Assembly: GCF_037042905.1 (NCBI RefSeq)
Contig: NC_087245.1
Location: 27,716,001 to 27,780,000, forward strand
Length of the DNA stretch: 64,000 nucleotides
Source: Lytechinus pictus
Lineage: Eukaryota
Direction: 5' to 3'
Shown here: piece after piece, positions 1 to 13,900 of the stretch
Layout: every line of letters starts with the position of its first letter
How positions within the stretch are numbered: the stretch's first letter is position 1
Position numbers and translations under genes: made by a program
The notes under the pieces: generated by a model
Database searches by the model: none
Told to the model about the DNA's origin: nothing
Seen by the model: only the letters and a program-made list of their open reading frames with translations

Positions 1-299
1 ATTATGACAATATGGGCGTATTTGTTAGTGCTTTTGGAATGGTTATTGGGCGTGGCTGTGATCACATACAATGTATAATGAGCAAACTGAGCTCACCCGA
101 CTCAGTGCGTCCAGCACAGCGCCTATAGAGACGTACGTGCACATCAGCCCAACACATCTGAATTGTGCGCGGTCGCCGCGGCTTAGTCGTCATTGTGTGT
201 CATGAAAGAGATACGATCTTTGGAATTCGTTAATTTTAGCATAATTTTCATTTGATATCTTGCACTTTGTTTTCAAAAATCTAAGTTTACAGTCATGTA

Positions 300-436
300 C
301 TTTTGATAATCGAATGTTTCAAATCAGTAATCATCATCTGGCGAACATTCGATTAGTGTAAAAAGTAACATTCGAGTGCCGATTGTTGGCAAACTGATCG
401 AATGCTTCGATGGATCGAATTTTACTCCCAGGCCTA
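300..436 (-). mobile_element. hAT-like transposon terminus (rest of element extends left)
   Basis: Ends cccaggccta (TAGGCCTGGG on -) with repeated subterminal tcgaat/attcga motifs. Confidence 0.45.
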
Positions 437-761
437 TTACCCATTAACTATTTGTTAAATAATATTTTCATGATGTACATGTAATTCAATTTTTTGATAT
501 TGTCAAACAAAATTTTATTCCTATTTAAACATTAATTGGCTTTTGTAGCCTATCAGTGATCTGGTGAAGAGTCTCTCTTATTGTAAAATCTTAAAAAAGG
601 GAATGAAAATATATTTAATTTGATGGAATACAAAAATAATGATTGAATGACATCTCGGACTCTTGCTTATAAATCACTGTTATATAACTGTTTTGTGGAA
701 ATAGGGAGTTTATAAAAAATGTATTTTTATTCACATCTGATTTTGATGAAATGTATGTTAA

Positions 762-1561
762 GGGCTATTCCACGGTTACCCACGTTACATTTGGAGACAC
801 CTTGACTCATACTTGGAGCTGTAACTCCATTATTATTGACAGGAACTAAACATCTCTTTATCACAACAAAGTACACAGTCTGACTATCCTTCGTACAAAA
901 ACAAAACGTGGGAAATTTTATTATGCTCCTGTCAAATCTTTGAAATGTGTCGGTTACTCATGTTACATTATTTGGACATGCATAAAATGAAAAGTCGACG
1001 TAAGTGAAAAGTGTCCTCATACAAGGCTTTTATGAAAGTTGATTATATCCATTTCAAAGAAGTATATTAGGGAGACAAACTTTGTATATAATTCAAAAAT
1101 AAAGAGCACATGGTTTTTACTAGGGGTGCAGATAAAGTGGTTACTCACATTACGGTTACGTTACATTTTGTCCATGTATGGTCAACAACATAAATGTCAC
1201 TAAAAATTCAATAATGTGTGTAAGATTCATGTTTCTGTTTCTGTAATAATATGAGTAGGATTTCAGACACCAGTTTGTGTTTAAAGGTAACATTCTGAAT
1301 AAGTTTCCTCCTCTCTTTTTATACTTATTGGTCAGTATATTGGTAATGTATTCACTAAACTGTACGAGATCTGGCTTGGGCTGTGTAAATCAAAAAATGT
1401 AAAACAAATGCATTCCATTTCTTGCCTCAAGACCTCAACATCAATTAAAGAACCAGCAATAAGTATAAGTAAGGCAAACACAATTAAAATGTACAGTTCA
1501 GATGGGCAGTATATCGAATTTGAATTTTTAAGCTAATGTCCACCAACCTATGGAATTGCCC
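762..1561. mobile_element. Non-autonomous DNA transposon with TTAA TSD and GGG termini (Kolobok-like)
   Basis: TTAA|gggctattcca..ggtt ... aacctatggaattgccc|TTAA. Confidence 0.7.
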
Positions 1562-1862
1562 TTAAGCTTGTTGGATTTGTTCTCTCTTTGTTAAAATAAG
1601 CTTGTTATTTCCAACTTGGGTAAACTTCTTTTAAGTGTAAAAGTCTTTTTTTTTCATTTGGAAAAATACTAAGATATTTGACATGATTGCAAACTGTAAC
1701 AAAATACATTTATACATAGCTCTAAATAAAAAATACACTGTATATGAAAAACTAATAGCCAAAACATTATGCCTGACTTATTGGAGACAATTAAAGAAAA
1801 GAGGGGATATAAGTGATTGCATTTTTAATGCTCTTTGTTTCTTATTTCTTTAAATTTAACAG

Positions 1863-1907
1863 ATTGAGAGAGTTATCTGAGAAACTGTACAGGCAACCAG
1901 CACCATG
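1863..1907 (+). CDS. UBR5: UBR5 exon ([14 protein letters not shown])
   Basis: ag|...|gtaagt; resembles N-terminal LREVSEKL. Confidence 0.85.
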
Positions 1908-4900
1908 GTAAGTGTCTGTGTGATCCCCTTTTCAGGGCTAAAATTAATCCAAGGCCAACAAGGATATTGCCTTTTGGATGCCCTTTTGATTGGCGTCGAA
2001 GCCCTTCTCATTGACATTGGCCTTAGATATTTTTGGTGCCCTTTTTTTCTCGGCTGCATAGCAGAGTGACGGAAAAAAAATTACATGTGGGCTGGGGCGA
2101 TTTCGCCTCGGAAATGCTCACAAGAGCCCTGGAAATCCCCATTCCTTGCAATGTTAAAGCTTATCCAATGTTTGCAGATTTAGGCAGTAAGTTGTGAAAA
2201 GTAGCCTAAAAAACAACAACAAATTTTTGCCTGAGAATGAGACATGCATCGCTTTTCCAACATAATATTTCATTAGAGGAAAAAACAAAACAGTAAAATT
2301 GTCTCTGAGTTATGAATTTCAGACATAGGCCTACATAACATTTAGATTTTTAGCAAAATTTGTTGAAATTTGATAAAGTTCTGTAGACATTAATATTAAT
2401 AATGAGTTTGATGCAGTGGTACTGATTAAAAAAAAGAAGCACAGAGAATAAATGGTATTCACATTGTGCACAGCTGTGTGGGGAATTGGTTGTTTGGATG
2501 CTTCTAGTGCTTCATAGAAATTGATGATATGTGATCATTTATTGTTTTTCCTTATAAGGCCACCAGAAAAAATTAATGGAATATCAAATCTCTCAAAGAC
2601 CTTTTGACGAGAGTATGACAATAAAAAAAAAAAAAATTAGTTTCATGCCAATTTTCCCTTATCTATCAATCTGACAACTATTGAAAAGTTGGGCTCTACT
2701 GTTAGTACCATTTTATTATATTGGAGATGTCAAATAGCTGCCTGCCATGACTCAGTGTGATGAACAGTGATAAATGTGATCCATCCCATCTTTCATTTTT
2801 ACAGTGCTTCAGGAGTTTTACCCCTGAAAAACCTTCCAGTGAAAAGCATAACTGTTGGACCAAATCATGCAGCTTTTCTTCTTGAGGTAAGACTGCGGTT
2901 TCATACAGCATTAAGGATTTGTCATTCTCTGTCAGTTACCATTATCACCTGCCAGACATTCATATTTCTCTGCCAATCAAAACCAAAGGCTTCACAGAAA
3001 GGATCAGATTTGATAACTTAGGGCTTGCTAGCTTGAATTGATTAATGATGATGATGATGATTGATGATGATGATGATAATGCTGCTGCTTCTAATGATTG
3101 TTTTACAAATGGTGATGATGATGTTATCAATGATGGTGATGTGTGGTGTAGGTGATAGTAAATTTGGCTATGAGGATGTTGGTGAGGGTATTGATGATAG
3201 TGATGATGCTGGTGGTGGTGGTAGTGATGATGATGATGAAGGTGATGATGGTATTGATGATGATATGGGAAAGGTTCATCGTGGTGAAGGATTGAGTAGA
3301 AGAAATAACCAGTTGTCTCATGATGTGTCAAACGTAGTCGGAAAGCGATTGTATGGATGATGATAGTAATAATATTGTTGATGATGATATTGATGATGAG
3401 GATATTGATGATAGTGATGATGATGGTGTACAAATAGCTGATAGTGATTTTGGCTGTGATGTTGGTGATAGTAGTGGCAGGGGTGATGATAAGGATGATG
3501 GCGTTATTGATGATGATGATGATGATTATATGTATTGGTCATGATACGTATTAACCTACAACTCTATAATTCCTTCACATAGGATGGTCGTGTATGTCGT
3601 ATGGGATTCTCAATCAACCCTGAGAAAGTCGACAGTGGTCCAACTAAGAATGAAAGCTCCAAAAGGTAAGATCCCTTTCAGTATGATTGATTTCTATTCA
3701 TATCAATGAGATATGTTTCCACTCAATTAATTGGGCAAATTATTCAATTGAATCGCATGTACCGGTAACCATAAATGTGATTAAGTTGTTTCTTTTACTG
3801 TTACAACAAATAATATCAATTGTTCAGTTGTATAATGTTTTTTTTTTAACCGTGTGCACACAGACAGTTTTACATACATGATGCTATTTTTAGTGTTGGG
3901 TAGGTGGGCTTTGATCAGGGAAAGCATATTATGCATGCATTTGTAAAATTCTTATTGATAGTTATGCATGCAAATTATATTACAGGGTGTATGAAAAGAT
4001 GCCCCATGTAAGATATACTACTCATTTTGATTTTTTTTTTATAGCAGCAAGAAGAGCTGGGCCTCCTCTGCTCAGTTATCTTCCGCTCGTTCTTCATCAT
4101 CATCATCATCGTCGAGGCCTACTAATCCTCTTAACCCTTGGCTCATCAATGCCGATGAACCTTCTGGAGTTTCGTCTAGGTGAGAAATTAAAATATTATT
4201 TTATATATTTTACGCATGGATAGAAAACCAATTCATGTAGAACTAAAAATTTACTTTAGGTAGACACTTTCAAGATATCTGTGACTGAAAAATCATCATT
4301 TAATTTCACTGCTTGAAGATCTTGATTGCACATGTAGCTCATGTAATATAAGGAATAGAATTGGGAGGTTGTTTCTGGTCACTTTATTTATTCACTTTGT
4401 GAAGCACTGAATGATGCTTTTCAGATGCAATTTTTCAGGGCTTGATATTTACAATACATCACAGACGCAGGTAATAAATGGGACCTTCCAGCGAAGATTT
4501 TTAAAAGTCAAATCAACGTTTACCAATACCTTTTGAGATGTATCCCTCTTGAACACTTGTTGAACATAATCTATGTCAAATTATATCTTTATTTTTTATA
4601 GTAAATGGTCCTCTAATTGCCGTACCCCATCCAATCGCACAACATCAAACAACAACTCCAGTGCTTCCCGTAATCGAGGGCGTGTCATCCGTGCTCACTC
4701 TCGAGGTCGTGGTGGGGTGATAGTGGGTACCAGGCCAGTTGTCCCAGCATCTGTTGTCCCTGAAGAACTGGTGTCCCAGGCACAGGTAGTCCTACAGGGC
4801 AAGAGCAGGTCGGTCATCATCAGGGAGCTCCAAAGGACTGTAAGTACTGTAGGACAAATTCTAATGCAACACAGAAAATGTGCTATACCCGTTAAAATTT

Positions 4901-7900
4901 CCAGAAGATAATTATCTTTCCTGGTCGATAGTACACATGAATTCCACTCTTTGTTGTGAATATTCTGTTCATTTTTTTTCTCTCCTACATGTTATTACAT
5001 AGAGGAGCATTGCTGAAATTTGATTTTGAATTGATTACAGTATTTATAGAAATGTACAAATAATCCATCATTGTTGCATCTAATTTCAGTTACTTGGTTT
5101 AAAATATCTGATAAAATTTGACTAATTCCAGTTGCTTTACCTTAAATGTAGTCACTGTGGGGCGTTTTTTTTATGGTAAGTTTATTTGACAGTTTTATCC
5201 TGCAGCAGCCCTTGCATTGATATCATATTATTAAGCACTTTAGGAAACCTTGTTTTAATATCTTCATGTTAATGATGCATACATTTATATGTTCATCTAT
5301 GATACAATTCATGCATTGTTCCCCCAATGTCTTTGAATAGAACCTGGATGTCAACCTGGCAGTCAACAACCTGTTGAGCCGTGATGATGAAGATGGTGAA
5401 GATCCTGAGGAGAATGACACCTATCTGTCTGGTGGTGATGACCTTGTCTCACTCTTGGATGGTGGTATCCACTCGGATCATCCAAGCGTCATCATTGATG
5501 CTGACGCCATGTTCTCGGAGGAGTTCTTGGGCCTACCGCCATCGAGGTCCAGAGCTAGAGGCTCCAGCAGTAGAGGTAACTTAATTGTTCTTATGTGGTA
5601 ATTTTGCCGGGATCCGTGTTGTAAATATTTATTTTCTTATAGGTCCTAGGTCTTCCTCCATCAGAACAAGAGACTATGGCAGTAAAGGTACAAGAAAAAG
5701 ATCAGTGTGTTCAGCACTTAACAACTGCAGGGAAAGACATTTCATAAAATATCTTCTGTCTTGTGTAAATTTTCACTGGTAAATTGTTGCAATGCAAGTT
5801 TGCTAATAAGGATCATTTATTCAAATCCAATGGTATATTGTCTCACCTGCATAGCAGAGTGAGACTATAGGCGCCGCTTTTCCGACGGCGACGGCGGCGG
5901 CGGCGTCAACACCAAATCTTAACCTGAGGTTAAGTTTTTGAAATGACAGCATAACTTAGAAAGTATATGGACCTAGTTCATGAAACTTGGCCATAAGGTT
6001 AATCAAGTATTACTGAACATCCTGCCTGAGTTTCATGTCACATGACCAAGGTCAAAGGTCATTTAGGGTCAATGAACTTAGACCATGTTGGGGGGAATCA
6101 ACATCAAAATCTTAACCTAAGGTTAAGTTTTTGAAATGTCATCATAACTTAGAAAATATATGGACCTAGTTCATGAAACTTATACATAAGGTTAATCAAG
6201 TATCACTAAACATCCTGCATGAGTTTCACGTCACATGACCAAGGTCAAAGGTCATTTAGGGTCAACGAACTTTGGCCGAATTGGGGGTATCTGTTGAATT
6301 ACCATCATAACTTTGAAAGTTTATGGATCTGATTCAGAAAACTTGGACATAATAGTAATCAAGTATTACTGAACACCCTGTGCAAGTTTCAGGTCACATG
6401 ATCAAGGTCAAAGGTCATTTAGGGTCAATGAACTTTGGCCAAATTGGGGTATTTGTTGAATTACAGCCATAAATTTGAAAGTGTGTTGGTCTAGTTCATA
6501 AAACTTGGACATAAGAGTAATCAAGTATCACTGAACATCCTGTGCGAGTTTCAGGTCACATGATCAAGGTCAAAGGTCATGTAAGGTCAAAGAACTTTGG
6601 CCACGTTGGGGGTATTTGTTGAATTGCCATCATATCTCTATAAGTGTATTGGTCTAGTTCATAAAACGTGGAAATAAGAGTAACCAAGTATCACTGAACA
6701 TCTTGTGCGAGTTATAGTAGTTTTCAAAATCAGCACTGCTGCTATATTGAATCGCGTGATGCAGGTGAGACGGCCAGAGGCATTCCACTTGTTTGCTTTT
6801 ATCTTGCATATGTACATGTAGATCGTGATCGTGATGCTGAGCGAGATCCACTGCTGCGTAGCCGGGAGCGGCGCTGGCCCGAGATTGTACTCCGAGACAC
6901 TGGATCAGGAGCTAGTAACATGAAGGCTGGTAGCTCTGAGGCAGCAGGAACATCAGATAGCAGACGTGGGGGAGCTGCAGGGCACAGCCAGAACCCTGTG
7001 GTTATTGGAGAGGATCTAGAATGGTGGTCAGAAAAGGTAGGATAGCTAATAGTATCTGACCTTCCCCCTCCCCTTTAAAAACTTATTTTAAAATTGACAT
7101 TGCATCACATAAAAACAATGACAAATTGGAAGTAATTGAAATCAAAAACCTGTACTTACAGCAAGTAATGACTTCACAAGAAACTGAAGAAAGTGTTTGA
7201 AATTTTCACCATATCATGATAGATCTAGGTCTGGTTTAAAAACTATTTTAATATCCTGAGCATGTACATGTAAGCATCAGTTATTTGTGTCCTAAATCTG
7301 TCAGAGATGAAGCATGTTTTTTTAAATTTTCATATGCACTTATGACTTCACATTTTTTTAATGATATAACAAGGTATGTTTGAGCTTCACAAGTTCAAAT
7401 TGTATTCATTCGTTTTTTCCCAAAGTAATGTAATTCAGAACTTGATATGTAAATGTGTTTATTAATTTCTCTTTGTATATATATATGTTTAATCGTTTTA
7501 TGATTTCTGTATACAGTGTATACTGAATCATTTATTTTTATTATTATTTATTTATTTTTATTTTTATTTGTTTATTTTTTATTCATTTTATATATATATA
7601 TATTGTTTATTTCTTTATTTTATCTTATTTTTTATTCATAAAATTTACTTATAAAAGGGGGCCTTCACCCTACAAGCTCTGCTTTTTAGTTGGTCTCCTT
7701 CCCTTTTCGATTTTCATGGTATTATTGTATTATAAAAAAATGATTTAAATGTTATATTTTGTAAATATGTATATTGAGCTATCATTGTAAATGTAAAAAG
7801 ATTGAAAGAGAAAATAAATGAATTGAATTGAATTGATAGTAGTGTTCAATTAAGAATCAAATAATTAAAACTTGATTGATATTCTTCACTGCTATCTGTT

Positions 7901-10900
7901 GATAGTGGTAATTAATGAATTTAATTTGATCATGGAATGCATGCAATTAACATGCTTTACTGTTTTTATCTTGTATAATTAGGGTGAAGAAACACCTCGA
8001 TTTGTAAGCATTGGTGCCATGTATTCTGAGCTGATAGCTGTGGGTCAGAATGGCCTTATGTACCAATGGAAGTGGTCGGATCCAGAACCATACAAGAATC
8101 CAGAGGTAAATCCATTCCCAGTTTTTCAAGAGACTTAATTTTTTTTTTTTCATTCCATATTACAATATATTTGATGAATTCAGTGTTACGTGGATAAAGT
8201 ATCATTTAGAGATATTAAAGATACAATCATTCTTATAACCAGGGCCCGGTTCATAATAGTTTTTATTACTTGGAAGGTACAGGCAACTGTCATAAGCTAC
8301 TGAAAATATACAACGTGAATGGACGGGAGCTTACTTGCAATAGAATTCCAGTATACATTCATTCTTGACCGAATCTTTAGTATTGCCATGTAACTTTGTA
8401 CAAACCTACTTGACCCAAACTGAAAGGTTAACATGATTCAGACTGGATGGGGAGATAGGTGTTTCTATTTTGTTACGAACTAGCGTACATCCGAGTTCAT
8501 CTGTCTCCACCCAAATTTGTCAAACGCGTTCAATAATAGTCTGTAACATGCATGAATCGTACATAGACTTCATTTGTAACAAACCCTACTTAAATCTCTT
8601 AAATAGAACTGTTGTCTGTCAGTATTTGGAAGAAACCAGGGTGGTGTTTCATGAAGCTGTTCGTAAAGTTACGCACAACTTTACACACGACTGAAACCTG
8701 TTCTTAGGCGCTAAATCAGTTACATAGGGATATCATTTAGCACAAGAAAGGGTCACTAGTCATGCGTAAAGTCATTCATAACTTACAAACAGCTTTATGA
8801 AACGGGGGCCCCAATTCAATGTCTTTGAGTCTTTTTTCCATTCCTCATTTATTTCTGTGAATAGAACACTGGAGTACATCATCCTAAGGTTCCATTCCTG
8901 GGTCTGGTAGGGGAGAAGATTTCCCAGATAGCCACCTGCTTTGAGAAATCAGCAATCCTGACCGAGTCTGGAAAGGTAAGGGATTCCAAGTATCATAGAT
9001 TAACCTCTTTGAGACTGAGTATGCATATATGCAGGCTGGAGTCTATGGAAATGAAGTGTTATAGCAAACTCATTCAGTCTCCAAGAGTAAAATGTGTTTT
9101 TTATTACCTTCGTCAGTAAACAGTTGGTCTACTTCTCAGATAGTATAATACAGCAGTTGCTGCTTCCGTTTGGTCTCCTGTCAATTTGGTCTAATTGCCA
9201 CTTGGTATAGACTACACTTTGTCTAATATCCACTTATCTAATTTTTATTTAGTCTAATGCCCAGTTGGTCTAAGCTCCACTCCGTCTATCCATTAGTTTT
9301 TACTTTCTTGAATAAAAAACTGGTTCAGAAGCAGTTCAACTAACCATAGACTAAGTGGTTTTTAGACCAAGTGGAAATCAGACTAATTGGAAAATGCGCT
9401 AAATATGGCTATTAGACCAGTTGGTTAGTAGACGAACTGGTTGTTGATGAAGTGGGATTAGACCAAACTAAAAGGAGAAGGAGAGGGTGCAGACCGATTG
9501 GCAACTTGCTGAAAATACGATCATGATGAGTCTATTCATAGAACACAAATAATATATTACTGAATCTGTGAAGATACTGAGAAAATAAGATATAGTATGT
9601 AGAATGATAACGCATTTGGGATAAGTCCGAAGACTTCAAACATGGAGGTTATTGTCAAATTCCCTGTACCCATCATCTCCAGTGATCTTGCGGAGAAGGG
9701 TCCCTCATAAATGGCATATTTGTAATTTGAAAATGTGAAATTCTCAGATTGAAATTATCTTAGAATTCCTCCCATCTTTCTTCAAAATATTCCATATCTG
9801 AGCAGAGATAAACTAGTAAAATTAAGCTGTTAGCTAGTTAGCTATTCACATATTTTCTTCTATCAAACAGGTTGCAACTATGATTGATGAGACCCTATCA
9901 CCTATTGCATCTAGACTTGAACATCCAGCCACTGTGTATCAAGAGTTTGCTTGTGACAAAATTGTTTCCATCCATACCTGTGCTTTATACACCTGCACCT
10001 GGATGGAATCTGGACACATCTTCTGGTGGTAAGTCTATGGGCTCTTATCATGCACTTTATAATTTTGCATGATATTTTGCTTGCGATCATGATGAAGATG
10101 ACAATTTGGTTTACAAGTACAATTTTATGGTATCAGAGCTTGATATTGTGTCAAAGCTCTTTGGAAATGTAATTTATTGTACCTTTTATTGACCTTTTAA
10201 TGTCCTTTGCCTGTAACTGCATATTCTTAAAAGTTTGGACCCTGTAGTTGCAGCAAACCAGAATGCCATGATGAAGTCTTTAAAATCAAGGTTCATTGTC
10301 ACCATATCATGGGAAATGCAGATCTGGGCCCCGTCTTACAAAGAGTTACGATTGATCCAATCAATCATAACTCTATGGAAATCCATCAGTGTCGTAATTT
10401 TTTCTACCAGAAATTTGCACAATGTCCTTGGTAAACAAAGAGAAGCACATTGAATTTTAAAGAAAACATGGAATGCATGAATATAAATCATAGTTCGAAA
10501 ATATTTTGAACAAACATGCAGTGATAGATGTTGATGTTGCTGGCCATCCATGGTTGTGATTGATCAGATCAATCGCAACTTGGCCCCAGGTTTATTTTCA
10601 TAAATGTAACCCTGAAAAAAAGGTCACCATTTGTGTTTGACCTAATGATGTCCTTTGCCTGTCACTACTTATTTTTCAGCCTGGTTAGTCCTAAAGACTG
10701 GGTTAACCCTAACTCTCCCGGGGTATTTTGATTCTTGTCCTTCCCGGGGGGGGGCCATTATGGCCCCCCCCTTAAGATCTCGACCGCCGATCGCGCGAGC
10801 GACGCAAAAATTTGCACGCTGGTAGTGTGCGATGTAATCTACAAGGCTGTATGGTAAAATTTTCCAAAATAATGAGATTTTATTTTATATGAATTAATTA

Positions 10901-13900
10901 TGCAAATTTATGCATAAATCATACTTTTTGCTCTAATTCACTAAATAAAGCTTCTAGAATGCTAATTTTTGGTAAAAATATTCTTTGTAGCATTCTTAAC
11001 AATCGCAATTAAAAAAAACTTCAGTTTGGAAATTAATTTCTTATGTATTTTATTGTTTTATGAATTTGTTATGTATTTCTTTGTTTTTTTACTTTTTGTT
11101 TTTTATTGTTTTTTCAATGGAAATTGTTCCAGACTTAATTCTGATCATAAACAAGGCTAAAATTAATTAAGTTTAATCAGTAAAAGTAGAAATAATGATA
11201 CATTTATGAATTTTGGCTAAATACACAATTTGCATTGGATTTGTAAATGAAATCACGTTTATGAGCAATTTTGGGTCTGACATGCACTTACATAATGTTG
11301 CGTAATGTCGTAACCGTGTACTCGGGCGTCACAAATTTGGGCTCAAAATTTGCGCGAGACTTGAAAGTAAAAAGTCAGTGAGCGGCGAGGTCAAAAAATT
11401 TTGCGCAGCAGATATATCGCGAAAATTGTCGAGGGGGGGGGGCCATAATGGCCCCCCCCCCCCGGGAGAATTAGGGTTAACTCATGATTTTGGGTTTGTG
11501 GAAAACATTCAATTTGGTTGCAAATAATTTTTTTTCTTCTCTCTCTTCAGGGGTGTGCTCCCGTTAGCACTGAGGAGTAAGGTCTTGGAGAAGGCTAGAG
11601 ATAGAGCCAGAGCGAAGAAACGTGAAGCTATGGCATCAGCTTTATTAACTGCTGGAACACAGGTAATTGCACTTCGTCCTTTCCCCATTCTCCATCTTTC
11701 CCTCTCCTTATCTTCCTTTCTAAATCATTGCTTGCTTTATATCATAATCTGCCATGGTCTCTGAAAACCCACCCACTATATTCCAAGTACATACATACAT
11801 GTACAAACCCCCTTCTTCCTCTTTCTGGCTTTATCTTGATGTTCATTCTCTATCTGTTCTTTCTCTAATCATGTCTCTGTTCTTCTCTTTCTATATTTTG
11901 TGTTTGTTTATATCAGTATTATTGTGGCATTTTTTTTAAATTCTTCATGTGACGTAAAGATAATAGTTTGACTACACAGGCTTTGGTATTAAAGATTTGG
12001 TTGCTATTTTTTTTAAAATCAAAGTTAACATTTATTTTGTTTCTAATGATGGCTTGGGATTTTTCTTTTTACAATTACATTTTTCAAAATATTTTGCACG
12101 GTAACATAAGAAAGCATATATGCAATGATTATTATGAGTACTACAAGAAAGAAGGTTTTAGCCCTGGAAGATAGTGGGTAATAATTTTCTGACTCACAAG
12201 TTTCTTCACCCCTCAACCCAAACTGTCAGGATGTATTTATTCTTGTCTATGGTATTATTGGCTTTTGTAGGTTTGTTTACGTAGTTGCCCCATGTACCAT
12301 TGTGGTGCATTGGCCTTCAACGTGAAGAGTGCCCCACCGCGCGTTGGTCAGTTGATGGACACTGCCTGGCACCTGACCGACACCTGCAGGTTCCGTATAC
12401 GTCGTTCTTCCCTGGACCTGAGTGACGCTGCCACCACCGGTGGATCTTCTACTAGTGGCGCTTCCACCCTAGCTGGCCTCCCTCAGGCAAGCCGAGATAC
12501 CAAGGATGAGACAAAGGGAGATGGGGGTAAAGCTGATGCTCGAGGGGATGCTAAGACTGATGCCAATAGGTTAGACGTGAAGCAAGAAATGGGACCGCCG
12601 CCTTCACCTGCTTCTACTAGCAGTGATGTATCCATCGTGTCAAGTCCTGCAGCTCATAGTAAGTTTCAAGAAATAATCTTCAATCCAATTTTTTATTATT
12701 CACTTTTTACTCACAACACTTTGGGTCTGTTTCATAAACTTGTTATGATAATAAGTTTAATTCTATAGTTTAAAACTAACATCTTTTGCTGTAATTGGCT
12801 GATAGTACATGTAAAGAAATTGTGCATTTGTTATTGTAATAGAACAAGTCTCTATGAAACAGGACCCTGATGACCGTTCCTCACATCACCTAAGCAATGG
12901 TTGATTTGTGATTTTATGTCATCAGAGATTAATTCTCTTATTTGCTGTTCTTTCTACCACCCCTTTCCATCCTCTCTCTATTCCAGGGTTGATTGAAAGA
13001 GGTTGGTTCTTGGAGCAGTAGATAAGGAGTTGCACCACTTCACCCAAATTCACATTTTGACTCGCGTGGAGTTGAATTTCTTTGTGAACTTTGGTTTTGC
13101 ACGTGCAAACATTTCTGTTGTCAAGTTTTTCTCTACACTGTACCATGTTAGCATAATAACTTGAAAATAGTAATTAATTACATCTGTATACCTCATGAGT
13201 ATTATACCAAGTGAGTCAGAACATGATTTATAAACTAAGAAAGTACCAATTTAATGAAAAACGAGTCATGATCGGAAAACTATTATTATATTTCCTGACA
13301 GTATATATTCTACCAAATAATTTGATCCCAGTTTTACGGGATGTACGTCTATGATTGGATGGTAAAAAAGTATTCATTATTATGATGTAGAATTTGATTG
13401 AAGGCATGTCTGAAGTGAACATAAGTAATTAATCCAGATGTTCTTGATGTCATAATACAACTTTAGTTGCAACAAACTTCATTGCAATTATGAGAATTTA
13501 ATACTAAAAACAACATGCTGTATAGAGTTCATCTGGGAACTTTATTGGAATGATTTACAACAATTGTGAATATCTAACTACTGTAAAAAATAAACAAACG
13601 ATCATTCAGAAAACATAAGCAAACAACCAAAACTTGTTAGTATCGGTACTTATTTTCTATGTATGTAGGAGTGACACATTAAAAATGTGAGCAAGATGTA
13701 ACCCTATACCTGGGGGGCGTTTCATGAAAGGACTTGTCGGACGTTTTATCCGACAAGTCCCATTTTATCCGACAGTTACCATAGTAACAGTACCTCTCAG
13801 CCAATCAACATCAGAGAAAGATGTCAGATCTGACAACTTGTCGGATGAAAATGTTGATGAAACGCTCCCCAGAAAATCTTTTGGCAATGTATTCTACGTC

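Noticed and set aside
2960..3544. His/Ile/Asp/Met-rich ORFs on both strands
   Set aside because: Artefacts of a (GAT)n microsatellite inside a UBR5 intron.
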